From Octopus vulgaris (taxonomy: Eukaryota), in NCBI GenBank assembly GCA_951406725.2, contig OX597814.1, forward strand, positions 129,146,001 through 129,210,000: 64,000 bases of DNA. The letters are read 5' to 3'. The position numbers and the translations under genes are program-made. Shown piece after piece: positions 1-13,451 of the stretch. The notes below the pieces were generated by a model that did not search any database, was not told where the DNA came from, and saw nothing but the letters and a program-made list of their open reading frames with translations. The first letter of the stretch is position 1; each line of letters starts with the position of its first letter.

Positions 1-585
<585 letters not shown>

Positions 586-925
586 AAGAAGAAAATGTTA
601 GAATAATTAATACATGATGAAATCATTTTTGTGATGGATCTTTAAATTTTCAGATTTCAAGCTCAAAAAAATAGAGTAAAATCCAAAATTAAATACTACT
701 TATTAACATCATTGTCTTTTTAATGTCCACTTTCCCATGCGCACATGAAGCAGATGAAACTTGTGGTGAGTTTTCTATGGCCAGATGCCCTCATCCACCC
801 TCACCTGTTCCAAGTAAGGTAATATTTTCCCATGACAGGCATTTTATCACAGAAGATTGGAAAAGATTGACACAACTGACATGACAGTGGCACTCATTTA
901 CAACGATTGCATAATGTCAAGTGAA

Positions 926-1175
926 GGCATGTGGCCTAGTGGTTAGGCTGTTGCACTCACAATCGCTAGATCATGGGTTCAATTCTCAGACCGGGCAGCA
1001 CATTGTATTCTTGAGCAAAACACTTCATTTCATGTTGCCCCCTGTGATCAGGGGATAATGTTGACCTGTTCGCAAGGCCAGTGGGGTGGCATCATTTGAA
1101 GGCTAAATAATACAAAAGCGCATTGTGAGCAGTGATGTGTAACCTTATCTGATAGCTTGGTCGGTCACATGATCA
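926..1175 (+). mobile_element. tRNA-derived SINE, family C-like head with a different 3' tail
   Basis: A box tggcctagtggtt, B box gggttcaattc, then tgtattcttgagcaaaacactt. The tail matches 63881-63990 in reverse orientation. Confidence 0.65.
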
Positions 1176-1477
1176 CATAAAGTCAAACACACACACTCAC
1201 ATGATGTTTCTTTCACTTTCTGTTTACCAAATCCACTCATAAGGCACTGATTGGTCAGGGCTGTAGTAGAAGACACTCTGCCAAACGTACTGTTCCATGG
1301 GACTGAACCCAAAACCATGTGATTGGGAATCAAACTTCTTACAACACAACCATTCCTAAGCCAAATATTACAAAGACGAACACAAATGTAACAGACATAA
1401 CACTGATTGAAATACACAAACCAAACATACAGTCTTCAGCAATACCTGAATGCATCCTAGTTATAGAATGGATGAAT

Positions 1478-1697
1478 GGCGGCGAGCTGGCAGAAACGTT
1501 AGCACGCCAGGCGTAATGCTTAGTGGTATTTCATCTGTTTTTATGTTCTGGGTTCAAACTCCACCTAGGTTGACTTTCGGGGGTCAATAAATTAAGTACC
1601 ATTTAGGCACTGGTGTTGATGTAATCAACTTAATCCCTTTGTCTGTTCTTGTTTGTCCCCTCTATATTTAGCTCCTTGTGGGCAATAAAGAAATAAG
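1478..1697 (+). mobile_element. tRNA-derived SINE family B (ggcggcgagctggcagaaacg head; Meta/MESC-like central domain)
   Basis: Near full-length copy with a small internal deletion. 13-bp TSD agaatggatgaat at 1465-1477 and 1696-1708. Confidence 0.9.
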
Positions 1698-2253
1698 AAT
1701 GGATGAATATATTACAACTGAAAATCTCATAAAACTGAGCACAGAATGTATCATATCTAATCACAAACTAATCAAAACTTCCATGCTTCCTGAAATTCGC
1801 CAATACTACACCTGATTTTCTTCCCTCCATATACATGCAAGCATGTAACTGTTTACTTTCCAGACATTTGTACATTATAGCATATGCTTTATACACACTT
1901 TTGACAAGTTGTGGTGCACCTGAGCACTGTATACAATTATTTCATTATTATATATAAGACCCCAAATATCAGATTCCTGTTGCTCCCACAGCACACAAAT
2001 TTATCTTCATTCGTGGACAGTATTGCTCACATAGATTGCTATTAGTTTGTTCACACTCCTTCACACAGCAGTACATACTTTGGATAACCAGTTCAATATA
2101 CAAACTCTATTGCAAGTGTGACAATGCTAAATTTCCTGGCTCAGACTATTACATTAGGCACGCAAGAGTCATACTTTCTCACTGGTTGATTATGCATTTG
2201 CGCTTGAGTTTGTCAATATTTTTATTAAACTACTCGCAGTTTTTATGTTCACT

Positions 2254-2575
2254 GGCACTTGTGCTGGTGGCACGCGAAAAAAAATTCAAGCGAGGTCGTT
2301 GCCAGTGCCGCTGGACTGGCACCTGTGCAGGTAGCACATAAAAAGCACCGTTTGAGCGTGGCTGTTGCCAGTGCCGCCTGACTGGCCCTCGTGCCGGTGG
2401 CATGTAAAAGCACCCGACTACACTCTCGGAGTGGTTGGCATTAGGAAGGGCATCCAGCTGCAGAAACTCTGCCAGATCAAGATTGGAGTCTGGTGCAGCC
2501 ATCTGGTTCGCCAGACCTCAGTCAAATCATCCAACCCATGCTAGCATGGAAAGCGGACATTAAATGATGATGATG

Positions 2576-2578
<3 letters not shown>
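2254..2578 (+). mobile_element. RTE-tail-type non-LTR element (family D) with internal short tandem units and (GAT)n tail
   Basis: ggttggcattaggaagggcatccagctg...ccaacccatgctagcatggaaagcggacattaaatgatgatgat. Other copies at 28551, 57165 and 62700. Confidence 0.75.
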
Positions 2579-2615
<37 letters not shown>

Positions 2616-3803
2616 ATACACACTCTCATGCAAACACATGTACACACACATCCACAGATTCATACACACACATTCGCACTCACACACTCTCTCACTGACA
2701 CACTTTTACAAACACACCCATACACATTATCTTGTCTTCAATATAGCATCTCTGTCTGTCAGTCTCTGTATTTGTATACGTGTGTAGATGTGTAAATTAG
2801 GCTGTCCACCACATTGCTAGCTTAATTCATGATTGCTTTATAAGCAGCTAATTTATGCTATTAATTTGGGAAGGAAGCCAAAAATACATCATCTCTGAAA
2901 AGCAGTCATCAAACCATGAAACAGTCTGTCAGAAGACTGCTTTTTTTTTTTTTTCCTTTTCCTTTTCCTGCACATCATTAGCCTATATTTGAGTATTTTT
3001 GTTGTGTTTTTATAATACTTTCTGTCGAGTACAAATATGGTTGTAGCAATGATTCTTTATCTGTTGTGGTAATTAACAAACCTAAAAGTCAGAAGTGTGA
3101 TATTGGAACTGGTATTCAGTATTTTACACTTCTGAATTAGATTTTACTTCATTGTTGCCATTTCCTTGCTATTCTATATGGTGGGGAAAGATAAGTGCAA
3201 AAAATGTGTTTTCAATACTCACCATTCTTTCATGTTGGCCAAAATCATGATTTATTGTAGAATAATATCAAGATAAACACACATTGGTTGTATTTTTCTA
3301 ATTTCTTAAAAAAATTTTTTTTTTTTTAAAAGAATATTCTTAGAATTTCAAAGATAGCAGACAATCTGTCTTTTTACTACAATGTATTGTGGTATAGTCT
3401 ATTTTTTATATTTTTTGTGTATGCATTTTATTCATTTTGTTGTTTTCCTTCCTCTAAAAATACTAATGAGTTTGCAGGCTGAAATCATCAGAAATCGAAA
3501 AAATCCATTTATAAAATTTATTTCCTTTCTGATGTTTTTCTTTTTTCTCTCCTCCTCTCTCCCAGTAATTTTTTTTTTTAGAAATCAGACATAAGTCATT
3601 TTCGGTCTTCATGAGTTGGTTAAAAAAAATTGAATTGCAAACAAAGGAAACAGTTAGTTAAAGAATTTTTTTTATTTAAATATTTAAATACAGAAATTAA
3701 CATTTAAAACAATGTTGCAGCTAAACACAATTTACAAGTAGGTAGAATTTCTTTCATCTTTTGAGAATTAAAAAGTGCAAACATGTTTTAGGGTCCATAC
3801 TCT

Positions 3804-4208
3804 TGTAACAGGATGAGCTCGCATCCTTTACATTAAATATTAATCGAAGGAAAGAGTCAAGACTTCTGATTAACTTCAATAGTATAAATATTTATTTCTT
3901 GATTCGCAATATATACATTTCTTCCTCTATGCGAATCGGCAGCCTAGGAGCTTATCGTAGTCGTCAAGTGGAGTGAGCCAAATCCTGTCAGTTCAAGCAT
4001 AGCGGAGGTACGCCATGAGGTAGCAGCTTGAGAGAGCTGATAAAACACGACTGTCTTGTTCAGCTGCCGGCGTTCGAGAGAACGATACAAGGGAATTTCG
4101 CTGCTGCTAGTTTTCTGTGCATGCGCATGAGGGAACTTCCGGCAGGCCTCCCGGAAGACTCCAACTCTGTGCATGCGTGCTGGAGATTTCCAAGATGGCA
4201 TCACTACA
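3804..4208 (-). mobile_element. Solo LTR, probably Ty3/Gypsy
   Basis: TGTA...TACA termini and 4-bp TSD ctct (3800-3803, 4209-4212). 405 bp, CpG-rich relative to flanks, with minus-strand AATAAA at 3891-3896. Confidence 0.8.
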
Positions 4209-4211
4209 CTC

Positions 4212-4442
4212 TTAACCCTTTAGCACTCAGACTACCTTGTCAGATATAATGCTTATTGATTCACATTGTTTTAATTTAATCATCTATTATCTCATAGCTT
4301 CAAGATTATGATGATGACGTGATTGTTTGTTTTTAGACTGACATTATAGGGTAACTGTGAGGGGTCAGATCTAGCTGGGTTGAACAGAAAACAGGTAAAA
4401 TATTTGGGCTGGATATGGCCAGGTTAAATGCTAAATGGTTAA
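4212..4442. mobile_element. piggyBac-like MITE
   Basis: ttaa-ccctttagca ... tgctaaatgg-ttaa: TTAA target and CCCTT-type TIR. Confidence 0.75.
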
Positions 4443-4823
4443 GTCAGTGGTAAGTAGTTATTGTGGACCATTGTTTAAAGTGAGTTCATTTCTTAAGCAA
4501 AATAACAAGAATTTCAAAGCAGCAATTCTGACACATTCGTGTCTGTTTATAATCAATAAATAACTTAATTCTCCTTCCTTTTGTTTTGTCTCTCTCCTCT
4601 TCTCCTTTCTTTTGTAATTTTTTATGATAGAAATATTCCACAAGACAACTAGCTCAACAGACATTATCTCTTTGATTGTCCCACTAATTGCAGTGCTTCA
4701 GTGTTTTCTTTTGGTTTTTAAAATTTCATCTTGAATTTTTAATTAATTTCATGCTTTACGAGAGAATATAATATAATGCATATATATATATATATGTGTG
4801 TGTTTGTGTGTATATATATATAT

Positions 4824-5152
4824 GGCATGGCTCAGTGGTTAGAGCATCGAGCTTATGATCGTGAGGTTGTGAGTTCGAATCCCAACCCGGGCTGCATGTT
4901 GTGTTCTTGAGGAAGACGCTGTATTTCACGTTGCTCCAGTTCACTCAGCTGTAGAAATGAGTTGCGACATCACAGGTGCCAAGCTGTATTGGCCATTGCC
5001 TTTCTCTTGGATAACACTGGTGGCATGGAGAGGGGAGGCCGGTATGCGTGGGCGACTGCTGGTCTTCCATAAAACATCCTTGCTCGGACTTCTGCCTGGA
5101 AGGGTAACTTTCTATATGCAATCCCATGGTCAGTCATGACCGAAGGGGGTCT
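4824..5152 (+). mobile_element. tRNA-derived SINE family C, inserted in (TA)n
   Basis: A box tggctcagtggtt, B box gagttcgaatccc. Homologous to 9452-9695 and 52242-52575. Confidence 0.85.
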
Positions 5153-5342
5153 CAGCATATATATATATTTTACACCACTTCACACACACACAATCATCAT
5201 CATCTTCATCATTTAACTTCTGTGCTCTATACTGGCATAGGTTTGACAGTTTGACATTGTCCAAGGGCTGCATTGGTTTTCAGTGTTTATTTGTGAAAGA
5301 TTCATATGGTTGGATACCCTTCCTAATGTCAGTCATTAGTTG

Positions 5343-5580
5343 CAGGTGTGGTTGTGTGGTAAGAAGCGTGCTTCCCAGCCACATGGTTCTGGATTCAATT
5401 CCTCTTTGTGGCATCTTGGGTAAGTGTTTCCTACTAAATCCTTGGGCCGACCAAAACCTTGTAAGTGGATTTGGTGGACAGAAACTCAAAGAAACCGATT
5501 GTATATGTATCTGTGTGTATTTTCCAGTCTCTGTTTGTGCTCCACCATCACTCGACAATTGGTGTTGGGGCGTTTATATG
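5343..5580 (+). mobile_element. Diverged family A (CORE-type) SINE
   Basis: ggttgtgtggtaagaag...gcatcttgggtaagtgt...gtggatttggtggacagaaact. Confidence 0.7.
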
Positions 5581-6195
5581 TAGGACTACATTATTTAATG
5601 TGTCCTTTATTGAAGAAAGAAGTGCTTGATTTGAAGAAGGTTTTGTTGCTATTTCTAGCAGAAAGGTTCTTTCATTGGCTTGCAAAGTGTTGTGTTAGTT
5701 GAAGTTCTACTGTCAATATTTTTCCCAATGTATCCATAACTGTCACTTGCAAGCAAGCATGACCTTGTTGCATGCACCACATTTTTTACTAGTTGTTTTA
5801 TGTTTGTGTGGTTATGAGCAGGCAGACCCCTCCTTTCAACCTTCAAACCCCTGACCCTTCAGTTGTTACATCCTTGAACATTAATGAGGTAACAGCTAAA
5901 AAGAGAGTGTGCTGTAACAGCACTCGTCAGGTACTCATTTTTGATTGAGTAGACTGAAGCAACATGAAATGAAGTACCTTGCTCAAGGATACAATGAAAC
6001 ACCCAGTCAGGGAATCAAATGCATGTTCTGGTGGTTGTGAGTTGAAAACCCTAACCACCTGACCATGTGCGATCAGAATACAAATGATGCAGTTTGTATA
6101 AATGAAATAGTTTCTTATGAAAAAGTGGAGAGGCCTAACATGTTGGTTATAAGACCCTTTATCACAAAACATCTGATTTAGTCTTCTTCATAGCA

Positions 6196-6238
6196 AACTA
6201 ATTTCTTCTACTTTTTAAGCTGTTTGTCTCTAGGTAAG
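6196..6238 (+). promoter_or_regulatory. Candidate recursive-splicing site (3' splice site directly abutting a 5' splice site)
   Basis: Branch-like aactaat 6196-6202, pyrimidine-rich tract, then TAG|GTAAG at 6231-6238. Confidence 0.45.
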
Positions 6239-7273
6239 CCATCACTAACACCCTTGGAATCAACTGTGTCACTTTAATACAGATTATACTAGCGTTTTTA
6301 TATTTTCTGTTCAACATTCTGCTAAAGTGGTTTGATCATTTATTGTTTTTTTTAATCTCACTAACAGACAATGATGACATACAGAGACAAAGAATGTGTC
6401 TTGAAGCACCATTATTTTGTTCTTCTTTTTGGGTTTTTTTTTCTTATCTGTTTAAGAAATCTGACAAAAACTGGTTTACTACGGTTTATATTGCTTTTTG
6501 CTTCATCTCTTTCTTTTTCGTCTTGGTCAATAAAATATTTAATCAAATACTTTTCTAATCCCTCAGCTTAACTTTACTCACAGACTGTAAATGAAAAATT
6601 GTCTGTACACAAATTAAATTTTTTTTTTAGCTAGATCAAGATTGATGAATTTATTAAACAATCTGGAATTTTCTTTTCTGCAATTTTTTTTTTTTTTTTT
6701 TTTGTATGTGTTAGTTATTTTCCTCTGTTTGCTCAAGATTAGTTAAATAATGGAGTAAATTTTAAAATAAATCTTTGAAGTAGTTTTTATGAATAATGCC
6801 ATAGAAATTGCTTTGATCTCTGTTATAGAAGCAATATTACTAGGATACATTCAAGTAGAGGTTTGCTAAAGTCTAGAACAGCTATAAATATACTCTAGGC
6901 CTACACTTCCCTGATCTTTTTGGCTGATTTACCCTTTTGATACCAAGACTGCTCTTCATCCTATGCTACAAAATTCTGTTTAAAAGTTTTCTAGATTTTA
7001 AAACCAACCATCAAAATTTCATGTTAATTTATGTTCCAAACACCAATAAACAGTTATTTCACTAAATTATTATTTTCCCAAATTAGTTGAAACAAAAGTT
7101 GTGTGTTTCAACAAATGTGAAACATTTAAAACATTCGAAGAATATATAGTCAAGATCAGCATACAGAAGCATATTTACTATGATTTTAACCATTCCATAA
7201 ATTTCTGATGAATTTGTTCCATTCTTTGAATGCATTTCGTCTGGCATACTACTGATTCTGCCAGCTTGCTACC

Positions 7274-7308
<35 letters not shown>

Positions 7309-7312
<4 letters not shown>

Positions 7313-7762
7313 GTTCTGATGCAGTACCATGCAGTGGCACATGCATCCCAACCGTGTGTGTGACATGGTGATCTCATATCAAGATAAACAGCACATGACC
7401 TTGCAGGTGGGGCCCAGTTAGAATTTTCTTTTTGTTGAGTAACCCATCCCGCTCAAAAGGTTTCTGAATAAGGGTTGTTTAAGGATGTTGAACAAAACAC
7501 CCATGTTTCCAGAGGTGAATTATTCAAAACCCAAAGAATCCCTCTCAACACATGGGTATGATGCTCCCCCACTACTTCTGCTCGTGATCAGAGATGCACA
7601 TATCATCAGCCACTAAGGGACATGCTCAACTGGTTACGGTCAAACAAGTGACAAGCAAATTTGTGGTATTGAGCAGAATATTTGCTGTAGCCCATCTTTT
7701 ATTATTACCAAGACAAAACAATGTACACGATGACACTTCCAATTAGTTAAGATCAGAAGCCA
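7309..7762. mobile_element. (AAT)n-associated repeat (family E) with inverted body
   Basis: Forward head aatgttctgatgcagtaccatgcagtggc follows (AAT)n. The remainder is the reverse complement of the 50591-51152 copy. Confidence 0.8.
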
Positions 7763-7779
7763 CATGCATATTTCATGGA

Positions 7780-7935
7780 CTTCTTTCAGTTTCAGTCTAC
7801 CAAATTCCACTTTCAAGGCTTTGGTTGGCCTAAGGCTATAGTGGAAGACACTTGCCCAAGGTGTCACTCAGTGGGACTGAGCCCAGAACCATGTGGTTGG
7901 GAAGCAAACTTCTTACCACTCAGCCATGCCTTACC
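7780..7935 (-). mobile_element. Family A SINE, 5' half
   Basis: ttctttcagtttc...gacacttgcccaaggtg...gggactgagcccagaaccatgtgg. Confidence 0.75.
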
Positions 7936-8954
7936 TAAAGAATGAAAAGTTTTATTTACATCTCTTAAAATACCGGAACAGCTTTTGGTATGTTGTGAAA
8001 TAAAGGTTTACTTTGCATCACACATGCACATGTGTATGTATACACATGCATATGTGTATCATTCATCATTGTATATCTGCAGAAAACCAGTCCCTTGTGA
8101 TATTCACTCTGCATTGTTACAAACAGCTTCTTTTCACTCAATATCAGAAATGCGGTGAATCAGTGAATGTCCTGTCGCATACTTCCAATCAATGCCGCTA
8201 TTGTTCACCAATTGCAAAATAAAATAAAATAAAATATATAAATATCATCAGGTCTTTTATTTTTCTGAGACTATTAGAATAGAACTTTTAGAGATTATTG
8301 TAATTCTATTGTTAATACTATTGTTCATATAATGTGGCTTTAGTCAGAGTTTTCTATCTTCCCAATTCAAAGTTAATTTGCCATAGTAGGCCATATTCAA
8401 ATTGACAATACTTTGTGTCAGTCAAGATTTGGTTGTCTTTAATATGTGTCTGGAAATATGTGGAAATATGTAATTTGAATACACCAGATGTTGGATTGCA
8501 TTAGATTTGAAAGTACTATTTGTCAGATTTTATTTAACTTGAATGGACTACTTACCAACCAATGTGTAATTTGAACAGAAAATGTGCTTAACTATATATA
8601 AATTTAAAGGTCAACTTCCAAATAAATTGATGTCCAATGTGTCTAGGCTATACCACAAACAGATTTCTTTAAAATTCATGATTTACATATTCATCCTGAC
8701 AATTTCAATTTGTAAAAAAATATTTTAGATCATATATGTAAAAACAAACCAACACCGGTTGCCAAGGCAGGGGTAGTGTTTGTGGTAGAGCAAAACCAAA
8801 AACAAAACACACATACTTACATATACATATATGTATGTATGTATGTATATATATATATAACACAGATACATACTGCACATATATGATGGGCAGACAAAGG
8901 CACACATATATTATATATATATATATATATATGTATGTATAAAAAATATATATA

Positions 8955-9420
8955 AAAATACAAAATGGGACAAGAACGTAAAACATTCAAATAGACGATA
9001 GAAAACGGATGGGTCAAGAACCGGATCATCCTCGCAATTTCAGCTGATTAATCTTGAAATTGTTCTGATCTGGCCAGCCCCAAGGAAAAACTAAGCTATG
9101 AGCATTAGATTTCTTGGAAAAAGAATTGAATTTATACGAAACAAGAACAGAAAAATGAACGATGTTACACGAAAATAAATACAAAAAACAAAAAGTAATA
9201 CGAATATAAATACAAAAAACAATAATAATAATAAAAATAACAGGACGAAAACAACAGGTGTCTTTCGACTTTAGACAATTTAAATTAGCTGGCGTGTGAG
9301 AAAAATAATGCCTTACGGCAAACAAAGAAATCGATGTTGTTCTGGCGCTGGTCAGAAGCTGAAAGGCTGTAGTGGACTGGCAGTCACGTGAGAAGAGAAG
9401 AGAGAAAAAAAGGGGCAAGG
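8955..9420 (-). mobile_element. (TA)n-flanked repeat, possibly a Penelope-like terminal-repeat remnant
   Basis: About 8960-9100 is homologous in reverse to 52025-52200 (caagattaatcagc-gaaattgc...gatgatc-ggttcttgac). TA runs on both sides. The class is inferred. Confidence 0.5.
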
Positions 9421-9451
9421 AATAAATATATATATATATATATATGCATGA

Positions 9452-9695
9452 AGGTGCATGGCTCAGTGGTTAGAGCTTATGATTCTGAGGTTATGAGTTT
9501 GATTTCCAGACTGGGCTGTGTATTGTGTTCTCAAACAAGATACTTTATTTCACATTGCTCCACTTCACTCAGCTGTAAAATTGAGTTGCAATGTCATTGG
9601 TACCAAGCTGTTTCAGTCTTTGCCTTATCCTATGAGTAACATTGGTGGCATGGAGAGGGAAAGCTAGTGTGCATGGGTGACTGCTGGTCTTCCAT
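9452..9695 (+). mobile_element. Family C SINE, diverged
   Basis: ggtgcatggctcagtggttagagc...cactcagctgtaaaattgagttgc. Confidence 0.75.
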
Positions 9696-10309
9696 ATGTC
9701 CTGGTCTTTGAAATAAGGGAAGCTCAAATATCTATTTTATAAACTGTGCCTCTCTCATACATTCATTAAAAACCATGCGGTTGAAAAGCAGACTTCTTAA
9801 CTACACAGGCATGCCCACACTTATATTAAACGAAGTTAATGTAATTATCATAAAATGACTGCGCATTATATTTATATCTGCCTACATCTTTCTCTCCCTC
9901 TTAACTCTCCTTCTTCCATAGCTAAATGAAACATGGTCTAAATACTTCTTTACTTATGGGACACCATGCATTGCACAAGAATGACAAAATAGGTAGAAAT
10001 AATGTAGATTGTTTTAGTTACCCCACCCTGAATATAAACTCAGTAGAAACAGCTGCATTAGTTTCTCCCCATTGTTTCCTATGCACAATGAATGGAGAAA
10101 TAATCACAATCTATATATGTACTTTCAAAGTTAATGAAAATACAACTATTAGCTTCAGCTTCATCCTTTTAGTCAAAGATAAATGCTTGGGTGCATGAAA
10201 AACTGTGTTCTTTTATTGGTTTTTGTCATTGGACTGTGCCTCTTCTGAGGCAATGCTTTGAAGTGTTTTAGTCACTCAAAGAAACCACAGTACTTAATCT
10301 GATTCATTA

Positions 10310-10807
10310 TACCATAAATCCTTGAGTATGGTCTGCTCTTGAGTATAATACACAGAATTTTTAGGGGGCTGTACCTCTGAAAAACCTAAACCTCGTGTAT
10401 AATATGCACCCCTTCTCTAACTTGTGTCAAGGAGGTCTATATAACATCCTTGGTTTGTAAAAATGTATACGGTAACATCCTTTATTATTATTGTATATAT
10501 AACATAATGCAAACGTATACACTTTTTGTGCATTTTCTTTGCAGAAAATAAAGAAATAACAGTAATAACGTTTAATAAATGTTGCTTATTGCAAGTTATG
10601 GATGATTCTTCTATGACTTCATTGCTTTCAGGCTTAGCTTAAGGTATTTTCGTGCCCGACATCACAAAATGTGTCTGAATAAACATTGCCGGACAGCAAA
10701 GAGAGACTCGGACATTGCTTAGAAAATATTTTTCATTTTTAACCTTGTATATAGTATGCACTAGGGATGGGGAAAAAAATGCAGATTATACTCGAGGATT
10801 TACGGTA
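10310..10807. mobile_element. Tc1/mariner (Tc2/pogo-like) non-autonomous DNA transposon
   Basis: ta-ccataaatccttgagtat ... atactcgaggatttacgg-ta: TIRs with TA target. Confidence 0.75.
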
Positions 10808-11391
10808 GATCTCCGATTACTAAATGGTATCTTTTATATGTATTATCTGTTACTTATTTTAGTCATTTGACTGTAGCCATGCTTGGGTATTGCCTCAAGG
10901 GGTTTTAGTTGAACAAATTGACCTCAGTACTTTTTTTTTTAACCCTGATACTTATTCTATCAGTCTCTTTTGCTTAACTGCTATCCAGCCAATTTGAACA
11001 CAAAACAAGTCAGATATTAGGGCTGGATGTGACCAGTTTAAATACTAAAGGATTAATGTCACAAAATAGAAAAAAAAAAGTAGGTTTTTCATGGCATGCT
11101 TTTGATTATAAGTCTGCATGATCAGAGCTGACCTGGGGTTAAACAATAACAGCAATAATAATTACATTTACTAGAATATTTAAATCCCAAAACCCTAGAT
11201 ATAATAGTTGTGACTATTAGTTTGTTTAAACCCACTCCAGTAGCTAACAAGCAAATCCTACCATTTGTAAACAGCTCTTAAGCTTCTGAATAACTCATCA
11301 TAAAATCAGTCAAGGAGTACTTGAGATGTTCGTGAATTAAGTAATTGTAGTCTATGTTCTGGTTAAGCAAATATTAGATGATATAATATAA

Positions 11392-12185
11392 TCTTTTACT
11401 TGCTTCAGTCATTAGATTGTGGCCATGCTGGGGCACCACCTTGAAGAATTTTTGATTGAATGATTCAACCTCAGTACTTTTTCTTAAAGCTGGTTGCTTA
11501 TTGTATTGATGTCTTTTGCCTAACTGCTATGTTACGCGGATGTAAACACACCATCACCAATTGTCAAGGGGTGGTGAGAGACAGAGACTGTCACACACAA
11601 CAGGCTTCTTTCGGATTCTTATTTCTTTACTGCCCACAAGGGGCTACACACAGAGGGGACAAACAAGGACAGACAAATGGATTAAGTCGATTATATCGAC
11701 CCCAGTGTGTAACAGGTACTTATTTAATTGACCCCGAAAGAATGAAAGACAAAGTTGACCTCAGCCAAATTTGAACTCAGAACGTAAAGACAGACAAAAT
11801 ACCTATTTCTTTACTACCCACAAGGGGCTAAACACAGAGGGGACAAACAAGGACAGACGAATAGAGTAAGTTGATTACATTGACTCCAGTGCATAACTGG
11901 TGCTTAATTTATCGACCCCGAAAGGATGAAAGGCAAAGTCGACCTTGGCGGAATTTGAACTCAGAACATAAAGGCAGACGAAATGTGGCTACGCATTTCG
12001 CCTGGCATGCTAATGTTTCTGCCAGCTCGCCACCTTTCAGTTTCTGTCTACCAAGTCCACTTAACAGGTTTTGTTTAGCCCAAGGCTATACTAGAAAACA
12101 CTTGCCCAAGGTGCCATGCAGTAAGACTGAACCTAGAACCATGTGGTTGAGAAGTAAGCTTTTTACCAACCAACCATGCCTGAGG
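11392..12185 (-). mobile_element. Family A SINE interrupted by a family B SINE dimer
   Basis: Family A tail at 11392-11610 and head at 12036-12185, split by the insertion. Confidence 0.75.
11617..12035 (-). mobile_element. Family B SINE tandem dimer
   Basis: Two units joined at 11802/11803 (aaaatac|ctatttc). Degenerate TSD ctttcggattct / ctttcagtttct. Confidence 0.85.
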
Positions 12186-12344
12186 CATCTTGAGGCATTG
12201 ATGTAAAATGGAGTTCATCGGTCCTGTACTTAACTGGTACTTTATTTTATCGATGAAAAAATGATAATAATAATAAGGCCCACTGCATGGCATCTTGGGT
12301 ATCTTCTATTACAGCCTTTGATAGATCAATACCTTACTCTACTC

Positions 12345-12770
12345 TGTACTCTTTTACTTGTTTCAGTCATTTGACTGTGGCCATGCTGGAGCACCGCCTT
12401 TAGTGGAGCAAATCGACCCCAGGACTTATTCTTTGTAAGCCTAGTACTTATTCTATCGGTCTCTTTTGCTGAACTGCTAAGTTACAGAGATGTAAACACA
12501 CCAGCATCGGTTGTCAAGCGATCTTGTGGAGACAAACACAGACACACAAACATATACACACACACACAAACATATACACACACACACACACATATACACA
12601 TATATATGACGGGCTTCTTTCAGTTTCCGTCTACCAAATACACTCACAAGGCTTTGGTCGGCCCAAGTCTATAGTAGAAGACACTTGCCCAAAGTGCCAC
12701 GCAGTGGGACTGAACCCAGAACCATGTGGTTCATAAGCAAGCTACTTACCACACAGCCACTCCTACACCT
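12345..12770 (-). mobile_element. Full-length family A SINE
   Basis: Complete head (…cactcctacacc), CORE-like caccttgggcaagt, internal CA/TA microsatellite and tail. Confidence 0.9.
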
Positions 12771-13087
12771 GAAAGGATCTTGTTGATGGAAACTACAGAA
12801 GCTCATGTATGTGTAGGTATGTTTGTGCAAGTGTTGACATTCTCCAGTTTTGCTTGCCACCATTTGAGCAAAATAGTGATGTGATGGTTATATTTTTTTA
12901 TGGACATTACAAATAGTCCTTCTATGTTGTTGAAGTTCAGTGAAATAAAAAGTCCCATAGATGATTTTTTTTTTATCTTGCTATCATCTTTGACTTGCAA
13001 GACTCCCACCTCTGTTGTCCCTTAAAAAGCTGGTCCTCTATTTCTTCCAAGGGCCATCGACTCTCTGGAACTCCCTTTCTTCTTACA

Positions 13088-13451
13088 TTATTACCTCCGC
13101 CTTAGCGAAGGTGGAGGTATTGTTTTCAATCGCGTTTCTTTGTCCATGGACAAGATATCTCATGAACCGCTGAATGGATTTGGATGAAACTTTCAGGAAT
13201 GTTTGGCCTTGTGACTGGCATGAACTGATTAGGTTCTGGGATCAATCTGGTACCGGACAAAGATTCTGGTTTTTTTTTTTTGGTTTTTTTTACTTAATTT
13301 TTGAGTGTGATCAGGTTCATTTTTAGTGTTCTTGTTTGTGAGAGGAGTCAAGTTTATTTCAGATATTCTCACTTTAAAAATCATCCCTGGCTAATTGTGA
13401 GGGTATTGGTGTTGCCTTTGTGTTGGTTTGTGCTCTCTGAGTGCTCTTGTT
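13088..13451 (+). mobile_element. Helentron-associated non-autonomous element (HINE-like)
   Basis: ttattacctccgcc...ggtggaggtattgttttc head hairpin, tggatttggatgaaact core and tgctctctgagtgctcttgtt end, as recalled for this element type. Confidence 0.6.

Noticed and set aside
3944-4249. ORFs and apparent CpG-island gene promoter
   Set aside because: Explained by a solo LTR with TG...CA ends and a TSD.
2940-8235. Further acceptor-like sites (about 2981, 3581, 6368, 6583, 8082) giving short stop-terminated peptides
   Set aside because: No upstream exon in the window fixes the frame and there are no convincing donors. Chance occurrence in T-rich DNA is likely.
12524-12863. Recurrent peptides such as IVEDTCPRCHAVGLNPEPCGS in many ORFs
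   Set aside because: Translations of family A SINE copies, not a gene family.
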